This document shows positions 33,618 to 43,220 of a DNA stretch of 64,000 nt, piece after piece. The stretch comes from an uncultured Pseudomonadota bacterium (GTDB lineage Bacteria; Pseudomonadota; Alphaproteobacteria; Acetobacterales; Acetobacteraceae). Made by a program: the position numbers and the translations under genes. How positions within the stretch are numbered: position 1 is the first letter of the stretch; every line of letters starts with the position of its first letter. Location: positions 364,949-428,948 of the forward strand of contig CAVTQY010000002.1 in assembly GCA_963736975.1 (NCBI GenBank), in the 5' to 3' direction. The notes beneath the pieces are model-generated. The model was not told where the DNA came from. It worked only from the letters and a program-made list of their open reading frames with translations, and made no database searches.

Positions 33618-36072
33618 ATGCCGATGTCGCCCGAGGGTTGGGAGCGGGGTAGGTCGGGCATTTACGTGTGGATAAGAATTGAGAGGTGGCCATTGTGCCC
33701 ATCGGCGACGGGTCGAGGACCGGGGGGCCTCGCTGCATGGCGGGCCATTCGGCGGCATCAATGCCTCTTTCCTCGAGTCCGGTCAAAGGTCGACTCCAGG
33801 CACAAGCTCGCCGAGACCGACCGGACAGGCGCGGCAAAACTTGTCGCGGAGTTTCACGCCCGGCTTTGCGGCGTGCGCGTGTTGATCCGGCCTGCGGGAC
33901 GGGGAATTTTCTGTATGTGACGCTGGAGCTGATGAAGCGGCTGGAAGGGGAGGTGCTTGATCTGCTGGTTGATCTGTCGCCGGGCGAAGGCGATCGGTTA
34001 TCGCTGAGCGGGGCGAGCGTTGATCCGCACCAGTTTCTTGGATTGGAGAAGAATCCGCGCGCTGTGCCTGTGGCAGAGCTTGTGTTGTGGATCGGCTGGT
34101 TGCAATGGCATTTCCGGACGCGCGGCAAGGCTCCGCCGGCGGAGCCGATCATGCATGACTTCCATAATATCCAGGAACGGGACGCGCTGCTGGCTTATAC
34201 GGATGAGGTGCCTGAACGCAACGCACGGGGCGATCCGATGACGCGTTGGGATGGCCGCACCTTCAAGCTGCATCCGATCACCGGGGAGGAAGTGCCGGAC
34301 GAAACGGCCAGGGTTCTGACGTTGCGGCCGGTGGGGGCGATGGCTCAGAGTTGGCCGGCAGCCGATTTTGTCGTCGGCAATCCGCCGTTCATCGCCGGCA
34401 AGGATTTGCGGACGGAGCTTGGCGAGGGCTACACGAAGGCTCTGTGGGGGGCATATCCGGACGTGCCGCGTTCGGCCGACCTCGTCATGTTCTTCTGGTG
34501 GAAAGCGGCGGAGCTGGCGCGAACCAGCGATCTGCCGCGGCGGTTCGGCCTCATCGGGTCCAACAGCATCCGGCAGACCTTCTCGCGCCGCGTCATGGCG
34601 GCGGCGCTGGAGGGCAAGCGCCGGCTGCATCTGGTGTTCGCCATTCCGGACCATCCGTGGGCGGACGGCGCCGGGGCGGCTGCGGTTCGGATCGCGATGA
34701 CGGTGGCTGAGCGATCGATCTCGGCGAAGCGGACCGGCCGGCTCGCCACGGTGACTGCGGAGCGAGCGGTAAAGGAGGGTGCGCCCGAGGTCGAGTTGGC
34801 GATGCGCGAGGGGGTGATCAACGCTGACCTGACGGTGGGGACGGATGTAACCTCGGCGCGGCCGCTGAGGGCGAACGAGGGGCTGTGTTGTCCCGGCGTA
34901 AAGCTGCATGGTGCAGGATTTATCGTCTCTCCCGCAACTGCACGCGGGCTGGGGTTGGGACGGATTGCAGGGTTGGAGCGGCATATCCGGCCTTATCTGA
35001 ACGGGCGCGATCTGACGCAGAGAAGCCGCGGGCAGATGGTGATTGATCTTTTCGGGCTCACGGAAGATGAGGTGCGGCAGCGGTTTCCGGCGGTGTACCA
35101 GCACGTCCTGCTGCGGGTTAAGCCAGAGAGGGATCAGAACAACCGGCCCAGTTATCGCGACGCGTGGTGGGTATTCGGCGAGCCGAGGCGGGAGCTGAGG
35201 CCTGGTTACGTGGCCTGCGACGTTATACCGCTACTGTGGAAACCGCGAAGCACAGGCCGTTTGTGTTTTTGCCGGCTGAGACAATTGCTGACAACATGCT
35301 GGTCTGTTTCGCCAGCGATGACGCATTGCATCTGGGTGTTTTGTCGTCGAGGTTCCATGTTGTTTGGGCGCTCGCGGCCGGTGGTCGGCAGGGCGTAGGC
35401 AACGATCCTCGATACAATAAGACACGTTGCTTTGATCCATTCCCTTTCCCATTTCCCACCCATTCGCAGGCGGAGAAGATTCGGGTCGCTGCCGAGGAGC
35501 TGGACACACATCGGAAGGCTCGACTGTCCGCCCATCCTGAGCTCACCCTGACTTCCCTTTATAATGTGCTCGTTGCTTTACGCGCCGGCGCCCCACTCTC
35601 GCCGGCGGAGCGCGACATCCATGATGCGGGGCAGGTGTCGATCCTGCGTGAGTTGCATGATCGGCTGGATGCAGCCGTTGCCGCTGCGTATGGTTGGCCG
35701 GTTGACTTGAACGACAGCGAGGTCCTCACACGACTTGTGACGTTGAATGCGGAGCGCCGAGCCGAGGAAGAGGCCGGGCTCGTTCGCTGGCTTCGGCGCG
35801 AGTATCAGGCTCCGGAGGAGACTGGCAGGCGTGCGACGCAGAGCAGCCTTGTCATCGAAGAAACGACCGTCGTGGAGGCGCTTCCCTGGCCGAAGCGGAT
35901 ACCCGACCAGTATGTCACTCTGCGTGCGGCACTTGCTGGGCATCCGGCGACGCCGACCGAGCTGACCCGCCGCTTCGTTCGGGCGCCGCGTACCCGCATG
36001 AAGGAGATGCTGGAGGCGCTGGTCGCCATGGGGCAGGCTCGGCAGGTCGGCGACGGGCGGTATGTGAGTTGA
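33618..36072 (+). pseudogene. Decayed MmeI-like (type IIL/IIG-like) N6-adenine DNA methyltransferase, 5'-truncated and frameshifted
   Basis: Motif I is split by a missing G at 33884: ...AEFHARLCGVRVL (frame of ORF 33618) / DPACGTGNFLYVTLE (ORF 33686). Motif IV is FVVGNPPFIAG. A second frameshift at ~35198-35203 joins ...WWVFGEPRRELR to LRGLRRYTATVETAKHRPFVFL...LGVLSSRFHVVW...CFDPFPFP (ORF 35164..36072). Only ~90 codons lie upstream of motif I, versus several hundred in full-length relatives. Confidence 0.7.
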
Positions 36073-36109
36073 TGACGGGCACCCTCACCCGGTTCGCTTT
36101 GCGAACCGA

Positions 36110-36131
36110 CCTCTCCCGCGAGCGGGAGAGG
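36110..36131. repeat. GC-rich REP hairpin (CTCCCGC...GGGAG family)
   Basis: CCTCTCCCGC-GA-GCGGGAGAGG. Related hairpins lie at 41193-41215 and 56630-46. Confidence 0.5.
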
Positions 36132-36387
36132 TGACGCTGCTCTCCGAGCTTACTCAGAGGCAACGGCGGCGGATTGAAGGGCAGTTCCGGGTCGAGATCG
36201 GTCGCCGCAGATGGCCGCTGGTGTAATACCAGCCCGCGGAAATGTTGACCCTCCTGGGTCATTGCGGCGGAAGCCGGGAACCCAGGCGAGAGGCGCCGAA
36301 TTCCATGGAGCAGCCTGGGTGCCGGCTTTCGCCGGCATGACGAAGGAAGCGTCGGCGGTTTCGCGGGCGTATAAGTGCTTGGAAAGG

Positions 36388-36463
36388 TGGCTCCCGGAGT
36401 AGGACTCGAACCTACGACCCAGCGGTTAACAGCCGCTTGCTCTACCGACTGAGCTATCCGGGA
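36388..36463 (-). tRNA. tRNA-Asn (anticodon GTT)
   Basis: The reverse complement folds as TCCCGGA-TA-GCTC-AGTCGGTA-GAGC-A-AGCGG-CTGTTAA-CCGCT-GGGTC-GTAGG-TTCGAGT-CCTAC-TCCGGGA-G-CCA. 76 nt. Confidence 0.9.
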
Positions 36464-36557
36464 CCAGCGCGTGCCCCTATCTAGCGAGGCGGCCCCTCGG
36501 AAGCAAACCACTGAGGTGCCGTGGCCCCTCGGGCTTACCTGGTGTTAGGATACGCTG

Positions 36558-36992
36558 GTGCTCAAAACGCTGACCCGTCTGCACACGCCGGACCTTCTGC
36601 ATGTGCTCGCCTCCATGGGGCATGGCGACGATATCGCCATCGTGGATGCGCATTTCCCGGCGGTGGCGTTGGCCCGAAGGCTGGTGCGGCTGGATGGGGC
36701 GGACCTGCCGGAGGTGGTGGATGCCTGCCTCGCGCTGATGCCGCTCGATGATTTCGTCGATGCGCCGGCGCGGCGGATGGAGGTGGTAGGCAAGCCGGAT
36801 GAAATTCCGGACGTGCAGCGGCTGTGCCAGGCGGTGATCGACAAGCGCGAAGGCCGTCCGGTGCGGCTGGTGGGCACGGAGCGGCACGCCTTCTATGCCG
36901 ATGCTCGGGCGGCCTTCGCGATCGTGCTGACCGGCGAGTTGCGGCCGTATGGCTGCCTGTTGCTCAAAAAGGGCGTGGCGCTGCCGGCATGA
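36558..36992 (+). CDS. RbsD/FucU-family sugar mutarotase/pyranase
   Basis: 144 aa (GTG start). LHTPDLLHVLASMGHGDDIAIVDAHFP...FAIVLTGELRPYGCLLLKKGV is typical of FucU/RbsD. Confidence 0.8.
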   Translation: MLKTLTRLHTPDLLHVLASMGHGDDIAIVDAHFPAVALARRLVRLDGADLPEVVDACLALMPLDDFVDAPARRMEVVGKPDEIPDVQRLCQAVIDKREGRPVRLVGTERHAFYADARAAFAIVLTGELRPYGCLLLKKGVALPA

Positions 36993-37960
36993 GTGGGGAA
37001 GGGCGCCTGCGGGTCGGCATCCAGGCGATTCACCGGCAGGCCGAGCCTTCCAGCCTACCATGGCGGCCGGCGATTGATGAGCTGGTAGCGCTGGTCGAGC
37101 TGGTCGATCGGTCAGGCTACGACTTGCTGTGGGTCGGTGACCATGTGTCCTTCGCCGTGCCCATGCTCGATCCGTTGCTGCAGTTGGCGCAGGCGGCCGT
37201 GGTCAGCCGGCGGCTGACCCTGGGCACCGCGGTCTATCTGCTGCCGCTGCGGCATCCGGCGCCGGTGGCGAAACAGGTGTCGACGCTCGACCACCTGACC
37301 GAAGGACGGCTGATCTTCGGGGTGGGGGTGGGCGGGGAGTTTCCGCAGGAATATGCGGCGTGCGGCGTTCCGCTGCAGGAGCGGGGCGCCCGTCTGACCG
37401 AGGCGCTCGGGCTGTTGCGGCGGTTCTGGAGCGGCGAGCCGGTGAGCCATGCCGGGCGGTTTTACGGCCCGTTCAGCGATGTGAGCATGCAGCCGCCGGC
37501 GCGGCAGCCCGGTGGACCGCCGATCTGGCTGGGCGGCCGCTCCGAGGCGGCGCTTCGACGTGCGGGGCGGATGGGCGACGGCTATCTGTCGTATGTGGTT
37601 ACGCCTGAGATGTACGGGGCTGCGCTCGGCACGATCTGGACCGAGGCGGAAGCGGTCGGGCGCAGCCTGGACGGGTTCGGCACCGGGCACCTGCTGTTCA
37701 CGCGGCTGGATGCAACCTATGAGGCCGCGCTGGACGCGGCGACCGCCACGCTTTCGGTCCGCTACGCGATGGATTTTCGTCGGGCGGCGGAGCGGTACTG
37801 CGCGCTTGGCCCTCCGGCTGCCGTGGCGGAACGCATCCGTGCTTTCCATGCCGCCGGGGTGCGGCATGTGATCCTGGACTTGCTCGGGCCGTATCAGGAG
37901 CGCGAGCGGCAGGTCGCCTGGTTCGCCGCCGAGGTGATGCCGCTGCTTCAGGACCTGTAG
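36989..37960 (+). CDS. LLM-class (luciferase-like) flavin-dependent oxidoreductase
   Basis: ORF 36824..37960. ATG 36989 overlaps the upstream stop (ATGA). LLWVGDHVSF...LTLGTAVYLLPLRHPAPVAKQVSTLDHLTEGRLIFGVGVGGE. Confidence 0.8.
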   Translation: MSGEGRLRVGIQAIHRQAEPSSLPWRPAIDELVALVELVDRSGYDLLWVGDHVSFAVPMLDPLLQLAQAAVVSRRLTLGTAVYLLPLRHPAPVAKQVSTLDHLTEGRLIFGVGVGGEFPQEYAACGVPLQERGARLTEALGLLRRFWSGEPVSHAGRFYGPFSDVSMQPPARQPGGPPIWLGGRSEAALRRAGRMGDGYLSYVVTPEMYGAALGTIWTEAEAVGRSLDGFGTGHLLFTRLDATYEAALDAATATLSVRYAMDFRRAAERYCALGPPAAVAERIRAFHAAGVRHVILDLLGPYQERERQVAWFAAEVMPLLQDL

Positions 37961-39054
37961 AGGGCGAGCGCGTTTTCCAGGAAGAATTTCCGACGTTTCT
38001 CTTCCGGCACCGGCAATGGCAGCGCGAGCGCCGGATCGTCATAGTCCCAGTGCGGATAGTCGGTCGCGAACAGCAAACGGTCCCAGCCGATCCAATCGAG
38101 CACGTCCAGCAGGTGCTCACGCGGCTGCGGTTCTTCCATCGGCTGCGTGGTCCACCAGACTTGCTGGCGCATGGCCTCGGACGGGGCACGATGCAGATGC
38201 GGGGTTTCAACTTTCAGGCGACGCCATAATCTGTCCAGCCGCCAGCCGAGTGAAGGCACCCAGCCGAAGCCGGACTCGATCAGCACCAGTTTGAAATCCG
38301 GGAGGCGATCGAAGACGCCCTCGATCAGCATGCTGGTCAGGAAGGATTGGCAGGACTGGGCGTGGCCGACCATGTCCTCGATGTAGAAAGAGGGCCAGCC
38401 GCTGCCGCTGACCGGCCAGCCGCCGAAGCCGAATGCGTGCACGCCGATCGGCAGACCGGCGGCGGCGGCCGCTTCGTAGAATTTCCAGTAGCGCTTCTGG
38501 CCGGGCGGCTCGGCGGTGCGGTTGAGCATCAGCACCTGGGCGAAGCGGGAATCGCCGGCATAGCGTTCGAGCTCGGCGATTGCGGCCTCGGTGTCCTCGA
38601 AGGGTACGACGATGGAGCCCTTGAGGCGCGGCTCCGGTGACAACCATTCCGCGATCAGCCATTCATTCATGGCGTGACAGACTGCGTTGCCAAACTCGCG
38701 GTTTTGGAAACTTTGGCCGTTCTCGCCGGTGGCGTTGAGGATGCCGAGCTGCGTGTTGTTGGCATCCAGAAGCTGCGCGCGCAGGAAGTTCAAATCGCTG
38801 CCGGGGCGGCCGTTTGGCGGCCAGGCATCGCGGCGCGAGGCTTGCGGCTGGCCTTTCGGATACGCCGGGCCGCCCTGGTAGGCCTGGCGCAGCCGGGCGC
38901 CGAATGTGGCGTAGTGCTCCTGCCAGCGCTTCGGCAGATAGGGAGCGAGATCGCCGTTGCCGTTGCGCCCCGGATGGATGTCGCCGTCGGCCGTTGCGAG
39001 CTTGGAGACATTCGCCGTCTGCGGGGTCGGGCGGTCGGAGATGTGCACGTTCAT
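37948..39054 (-). CDS. Amidohydrolase_2 (ACMSD/lactonase-type) family protein
   Basis: 368 aa. ...ADGDIHPG..., ...LLFATDYPHWDYDDP is a TIM-barrel metal-dependent hydrolase signature. Confidence 0.8.
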   Translation of the reverse strand: MNVHISDRPTPQTANVSKLATADGDIHPGRNGNGDLAPYLPKRWQEHYATFGARLRQAYQGGPAYPKGQPQASRRDAWPPNGRPGSDLNFLRAQLLDANNTQLGILNATGENGQSFQNREFGNAVCHAMNEWLIAEWLSPEPRLKGSIVVPFEDTEAAIAELERYAGDSRFAQVLMLNRTAEPPGQKRYWKFYEAAAAAGLPIGVHAFGFGGWPVSGSGWPSFYIEDMVGHAQSCQSFLTSMLIEGVFDRLPDFKLVLIESGFGWVPSLGWRLDRLWRRLKVETPHLHRAPSEAMRQQVWWTTQPMEEPQPREHLLDVLDWIGWDRLLFATDYPHWDYDDPALALPLPVPEEKRRKFFLENALALYRS

Positions 39055-40121
39055 CGGACGGTCTCCGTCAGGCGCGCATAGGTCGCACGCGGATTGTCTA
39101 TCATGATCTTGCGGGTGAGTTCTGGCGAGAGGCCGGGAGGCAGGGCAGCCTCGCCGTCGAACTGCCAGTGCGGGTAGTCGGTCGAGAACAGCAACATCTC
39201 GTCGCTGCCGAGATGCTCGATCAGGCGCTCGACCACTGAGGCGTCGTCCGGGGCGTCGAAAGGTTGGAGGGTCAGGCGCACATTCTCGCGCACGATCTCG
39301 CTGGGGGCGCGGTCCACCCAGGGGATTTCCAGCCGAAGGCCACGCCAGAATTTGGTGAGGCGCCAGAGATGCGCCGGTAGCCAGGTGACGCCGGATTCGA
39401 TCAGCACGACGCGAAGGCCGGGGAATTTGGTGAATACGCCCTCGCAGACCAGGCTGGAGAGCGCGGCCTGAAACGCGGTCGCCTGGGCGGCGTAATCCTC
39501 GGTGAAGTAGGTGGGCCAGCCGACCGGAGTGACGGGGTGGCGATAGGCGCTGCCGGCGTGGATACCGATCGGCAGGCCGTGTTTCTGGGCGGCGGCGTAG
39601 ATCGGCCAGTACTGGCGTTTGCCGAGCGGGGCGTCGCCCATCACCAGCAACAGCACCTGCACGAAGCGATGATCCGGAGCGACGCGTTCGATTTCATCCA
39701 CTGCCAGTTCGGAGTTCTGCGTGGGCACGACGATGGAGGCGCGCAGCCGCGGTTCGCGATCCAGCCATTCGCGCGCGATCCAATCGTTCACCGCTCGGGC
39801 GAAGCCGGCGCCCATATCCTCGCTGAACAGCAACTGCACGCCATAGAGACAGTTGCAGATGGCATGAGCGGTGCCGAACGCATCGAGCGCATGGCGGCGC
39901 AGCAAGTCGAGGTCGGAGCCGGGCTTACCGGAGGCGGGCCGCCACTCGGGCCGTGAGGACAGCGGTGCATTCACCGGATAGGCGATGGACTCGAGGTCGT
40001 GCAGACCGCGCTGCACGACGGAATCACGCCAGTGATCGGCGAGATAGGGCAGCAGCGTCTTCAGCCCCGGCACGGCTGGGTGGATGTCGCAGTCGATGCC
40101 GCCGGGCGGCAGTGTGCTCAT
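39051..40121 (-). CDS. Amidohydrolase_2 family protein (paralogue of the downstream gene)
   Basis: 356 aa. GIDCDIHPAVPG..., ...LLFSTDYPHWQFDGE. Its stop overlaps the start of 37948..39054 (ATGA). Confidence 0.8.
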   Translation of the reverse strand: MSTLPPGGIDCDIHPAVPGLKTLLPYLADHWRDSVVQRGLHDLESIAYPVNAPLSSRPEWRPASGKPGSDLDLLRRHALDAFGTAHAICNCLYGVQLLFSEDMGAGFARAVNDWIAREWLDREPRLRASIVVPTQNSELAVDEIERVAPDHRFVQVLLLVMGDAPLGKRQYWPIYAAAQKHGLPIGIHAGSAYRHPVTPVGWPTYFTEDYAAQATAFQAALSSLVCEGVFTKFPGLRVVLIESGVTWLPAHLWRLTKFWRGLRLEIPWVDRAPSEIVRENVRLTLQPFDAPDDASVVERLIEHLGSDEMLLFSTDYPHWQFDGEAALPPGLSPELTRKIMIDNPRATYARLTETVR

Positions 40122-40204
40122 GGATCACCTCGTCCCGGCTGCCTCGACCGGATATGGAGCGGATGATAGCCTGACTCCGGGCCAGGACGAAGCCGGGAGG
40201 AGCC

Positions 40205-41077
40205 ATGCTGACAGGGGCACAGATCGAGCAGTACAACGAGGTCGGCGCGATCGTGGTTCCGGACGTGCTGGGGCCGGACGAGGTCATGCAGCTTCGACGC
40301 GTCACGGACGACTTCGTCGAGAATGCGCGCGGCCTTACGGGTCATACGGATATCTACGACCTGGAGGACAGCCACAGCGCCGATCAGCCGCGGGTGCGGC
40401 GCATCAAGGCGCCGCATCTGCATCATGAGGTGTATGCGAGGCTGGCGCGCCATCATGGCATTGTCGCCGTACTGCGGGACTTATGGGGACCGGACATTCG
40501 CTTCGATACCGCCAAGCTGAACATGAAATCGGCGGGGTTCGGGGCGGCTGTGGAGTGGCACCAGGATTGGGCGTTCTATCCGCACACAAACGACGACCTC
40601 GCCGCGGTCGGCGTGATGATGGATGATATGCAGATGGAAAACGGTCCGCTGCTGATTGTCCCGGGCAGCCATCGCGGACCGGTGTTCGATCATCACGCGG
40701 ACGGCGTGTTTTGCGGCGCGATGGATCCGACGCGGGGCGAGTGCGACTACGCCGCCGCGGTGCCGCTGACCGGGCGGGCGGGGTCGATCACCGTGCATCA
40801 CGTGCGCGCGGTGCATGGGTCGGCGCCGAACACCTCGGAGCGTGACCGGCGGCTGTTGCTGTTCCAGTTCCGGGCCGCTGATGCGTGGCCGTTGCTGGGA
40901 TTCCCGGCGGGCATCGAGGCGTTCGATGCGTTGATGGTTGCGGGAGAGCCGACCTTGTCGCCGCGGCTGGCGCCTGTGCCGGTGCGCCTGCCGTTGCCGC
41001 CGGCGGCGAAGCAGGGGTCGATCTACGAGAACCAGAAAGGGTTGCGCGCGCGGTATTTTGTGAAAGCGGCAGAGTAG
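40205..41077 (+). CDS. Phytanoyl-CoA dioxygenase (PhyH)-family Fe(II)/2-oxoglutarate oxygenase
   Basis: 290 aa. MLTGAQIEQYNEVGAIVVPDVL..., VEWHQDWAFYPHTNDD (HxD), ...GSITVHHVRAVHGSAPN. Confidence 0.8.
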   Translation: MLTGAQIEQYNEVGAIVVPDVLGPDEVMQLRRVTDDFVENARGLTGHTDIYDLEDSHSADQPRVRRIKAPHLHHEVYARLARHHGIVAVLRDLWGPDIRFDTAKLNMKSAGFGAAVEWHQDWAFYPHTNDDLAAVGVMMDDMQMENGPLLIVPGSHRGPVFDHHADGVFCGAMDPTRGECDYAAAVPLTGRAGSITVHHVRAVHGSAPNTSERDRRLLLFQFRAADAWPLLGFPAGIEAFDALMVAGEPTLSPRLAPVPVRLPLPPAAKQGSIYENQKGLRARYFVKAAE

Positions 41078-41192
41078 CGGGCATGAGCGACAGGACGCCG
41101 CAACCGGTCGAGCCGCTGTTCGACCGCACCCGCCCGCTGGTGGGGACGGGCCGCCTGATCCGCTAGTGTATCACGCATCAACACTCCCGCTG

Positions 41193-41215
41193 CCCCCTCC
41201 CGCAAGGGGAGGGGG
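41193..41215. repeat. GC-rich REP hairpin (CCCCCTCCCGCAAGGGGAGGGGG)
   Basis: A stem of about 9-10 bp with a short central GCAA-type loop lies in the phyH-dehydratase spacer. A near-identical core CCTCCCGCAAGGGGAGG lies at 56630-56646. Confidence 0.6.
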
Positions 41216-41250
41216 TTGATGGCGGTTGCATTTGAAGAGGAACGCCCAGC

Positions 41251-42426
41251 ATGCAAATCAGCGCCATCCGTCCCCTTACGGTACATGCCGGCGATCGCAA
41301 CTGGATCTTCGTGCGCGTGGAGACCGATCAACCCGGTCTTTATGGCTGGGGGGAGGCCACGCTGGAATGGAAGACGCGTGCCGTGGTCGGCTGCATCGAG
41401 GATTTCGCCCCGATGCTGACTGGGCGCGATCCGCGCGACATCCCCTGGCTGCATGAGCGGATGATCAAGCATAGTTTCTGGCCGCTCGGGGTAATCGGGC
41501 TGACGGCGGTCAGCGCCATCGAGCAGGCGCTGTGGGACATCCTGGGCAAGGATTGGGGCAAGCCGGTCTGGCAGTTGCTCGGCGGTCGCGCGCGCGAGCG
41601 GGTGCGCGTCTATGCGCATATCACCAACTCCAAGCAGAATTTGCATGCGCGGCCGGTGGATCCGGAGGCTTATGCCGACGGGGCGCGGGAGATGGTGGAG
41701 AAGGGTTACAATGCGCTGAAATGCGGTCCGGCGCCCTATACGCATTATGCAACCGACCGGGATGGCGTTCGCCGGATGGAGCGGCTGGCGATCAAGCTGC
41801 GGGACGCCGTGGGGCCGGATGTGGATCTGCTGTTCGATTTTCACGGCCGGGCCACCACGATCGGTGCGGCGGTCGCCTACACCAAGGCGCTGGCCGCGTG
41901 CGACCCGATGTTCGTGGAGGAACCCGTGCAGCCGGGTGACCCGGAGTTGATGCAGGTGGTGGCGGATCGCAGCAATGTGCCACTGGCGGCGGGTGAGCGG
42001 CTACTGACCTTGCCGGAGTTCCAGGCGCTGGCGGACCGGCGGGCGGTAAGTTTCTTTCAGCCCGATCTCTGCCATTGCGGCGGGTTCACGGTGGGGCAGC
42101 AGATCGCGGCGGTGGGCGCGGCGGCGCAGATCGGCATCGCGCCGCACAACCCGATGGGGCCGATCGCCTCGGTGGTCGGGCTGCATTTCGCCATTGCGAC
42201 ACCGAATTTCGTCATCCTGGAGCAGTTGTCGGACCGGGTCGCGCATTTCTCGGCGGTTGCGGATGTGCCGATCCGGATGAAGGACGGCTATTGGGAGATA
42301 CCCGACCGCCCCGGCCTTGGCGTGGAGATCGACATGGTGGAAGCTGCGAAGCATCCATTCGAGCAGGAAGCGATTGCCGCGCGGTCTGCTGTCCATAGGC
42401 CGGACGGTTCCATAACGCACTGGTAG
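41251..42426 (+). CDS. Enolase-superfamily acid-sugar dehydratase (galactonate-dehydratase-like)
   Basis: 391 aa. [29 protein letters not shown]...[27 protein letters not shown]...DLLFDFHGR...FVEEP. Confidence 0.8.
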   Translation: [391 protein letters not shown]

Positions 42427-42428
42427 AG

Positions 42429-43220
42429 GTGTTCATGGTGACAGGCGCAAATCGGCCGTTGACGGTTGATCTCAGCGGGCTGCGGGTTGCGATTACCGCC
42501 GGAGCGAACGGCATCGGCAAGGCGATGGCGGATAGTTTCACTGCTTGCGGAGCCAGTGTTTTCGTTTGCGACATCGACGAAGCGGCGCTGGCTGTCTGCA
42601 CGCATCCTCGGATGCGGGCCGATGCGGGGGTGAGTGCCGATTGCGAGGCGTTCATTGATGCGGCGGCGGCACGGCTCGGCGGGCTGGATGTGCTGGTGAA
42701 CAATGCCGGCATCGCCGGACCGACCGCGCGGGTGGAGGATGTCACGCCCGAGGCGCTGGACGCGACATTGCGGATCGATCTGGCGAGCATGTTCCATTGC
42801 TCGAGGCGGGCGATTCCACACATTCGCCGCGCGGGAGGTGGGGCGATTATCAATTTGTCCTCGGCTGCCGGACGCTTCGGTTTCCCGCTGCGGGCGCCGT
42901 ATTCGGCGGCGAAATGGGGGGTGATCGGTTTCACCAAGTCGCTGTCGATCGAGTTGGGGCCGGACGGCGTCCGGGTGAATGCAATTTTGCCTGGGCCGGT
43001 GGATGGGCCGCGCATCCGCGCGGTGATCAAGGCCAAGGCGGATGCTGCCGGTATCTCGGACAATGAGATGACGGAGCGCACGGTTGGCACAACCAGCCTG
43101 CGGTGTTTTGTCACCCAGCAGGATATTGCGAATATGGCGCTGTATCTGGCGAGCCCGTTCGGCGCGACAATCAGTGGCCAGGCGATCAGTGTCGATGCGG
43201 ACATGCAGACGACGATGTGA
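42429..43220 (+). CDS. SDR-family oxidoreductase
   Basis: 263 aa. VAITAGANGIGKAMA, NNAG, YSAAKWGV (YxxxK). It starts 2 nt after the dehydratase stop. Confidence 0.8.
   Translation: MFMVTGANRPLTVDLSGLRVAITAGANGIGKAMADSFTACGASVFVCDIDEAALAVCTHPRMRADAGVSADCEAFIDAAAARLGGLDVLVNNAGIAGPTARVEDVTPEALDATLRIDLASMFHCSRRAIPHIRRAGGGAIINLSSAAGRFGFPLRAPYSAAKWGVIGFTKSLSIELGPDGVRVNAILPGPVDGPRIRAVIKAKADAAGISDNEMTERTVGTTSLRCFVTQQDIANMALYLASPFGATISGQAISVDADMQTTM

Noticed and set aside
26847-36387. The tRNA-flanked segment called an intact prophage or ICE.
   Set aside because: No integrase, transposase, conjugation, replication or phage structural genes were found in any frame I could read. No att-like direct repeat of the tRNA ends was found. 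Only relic features remain.
41193-41215. The GC-rich hairpins at 41193-41215, 56630-56646 and 36110-36131 considered as Rho-independent terminators.
   Set aside because: None is followed by a T-tract on either strand, and the same core sequence recurs. They are better described as REP-type repeats.
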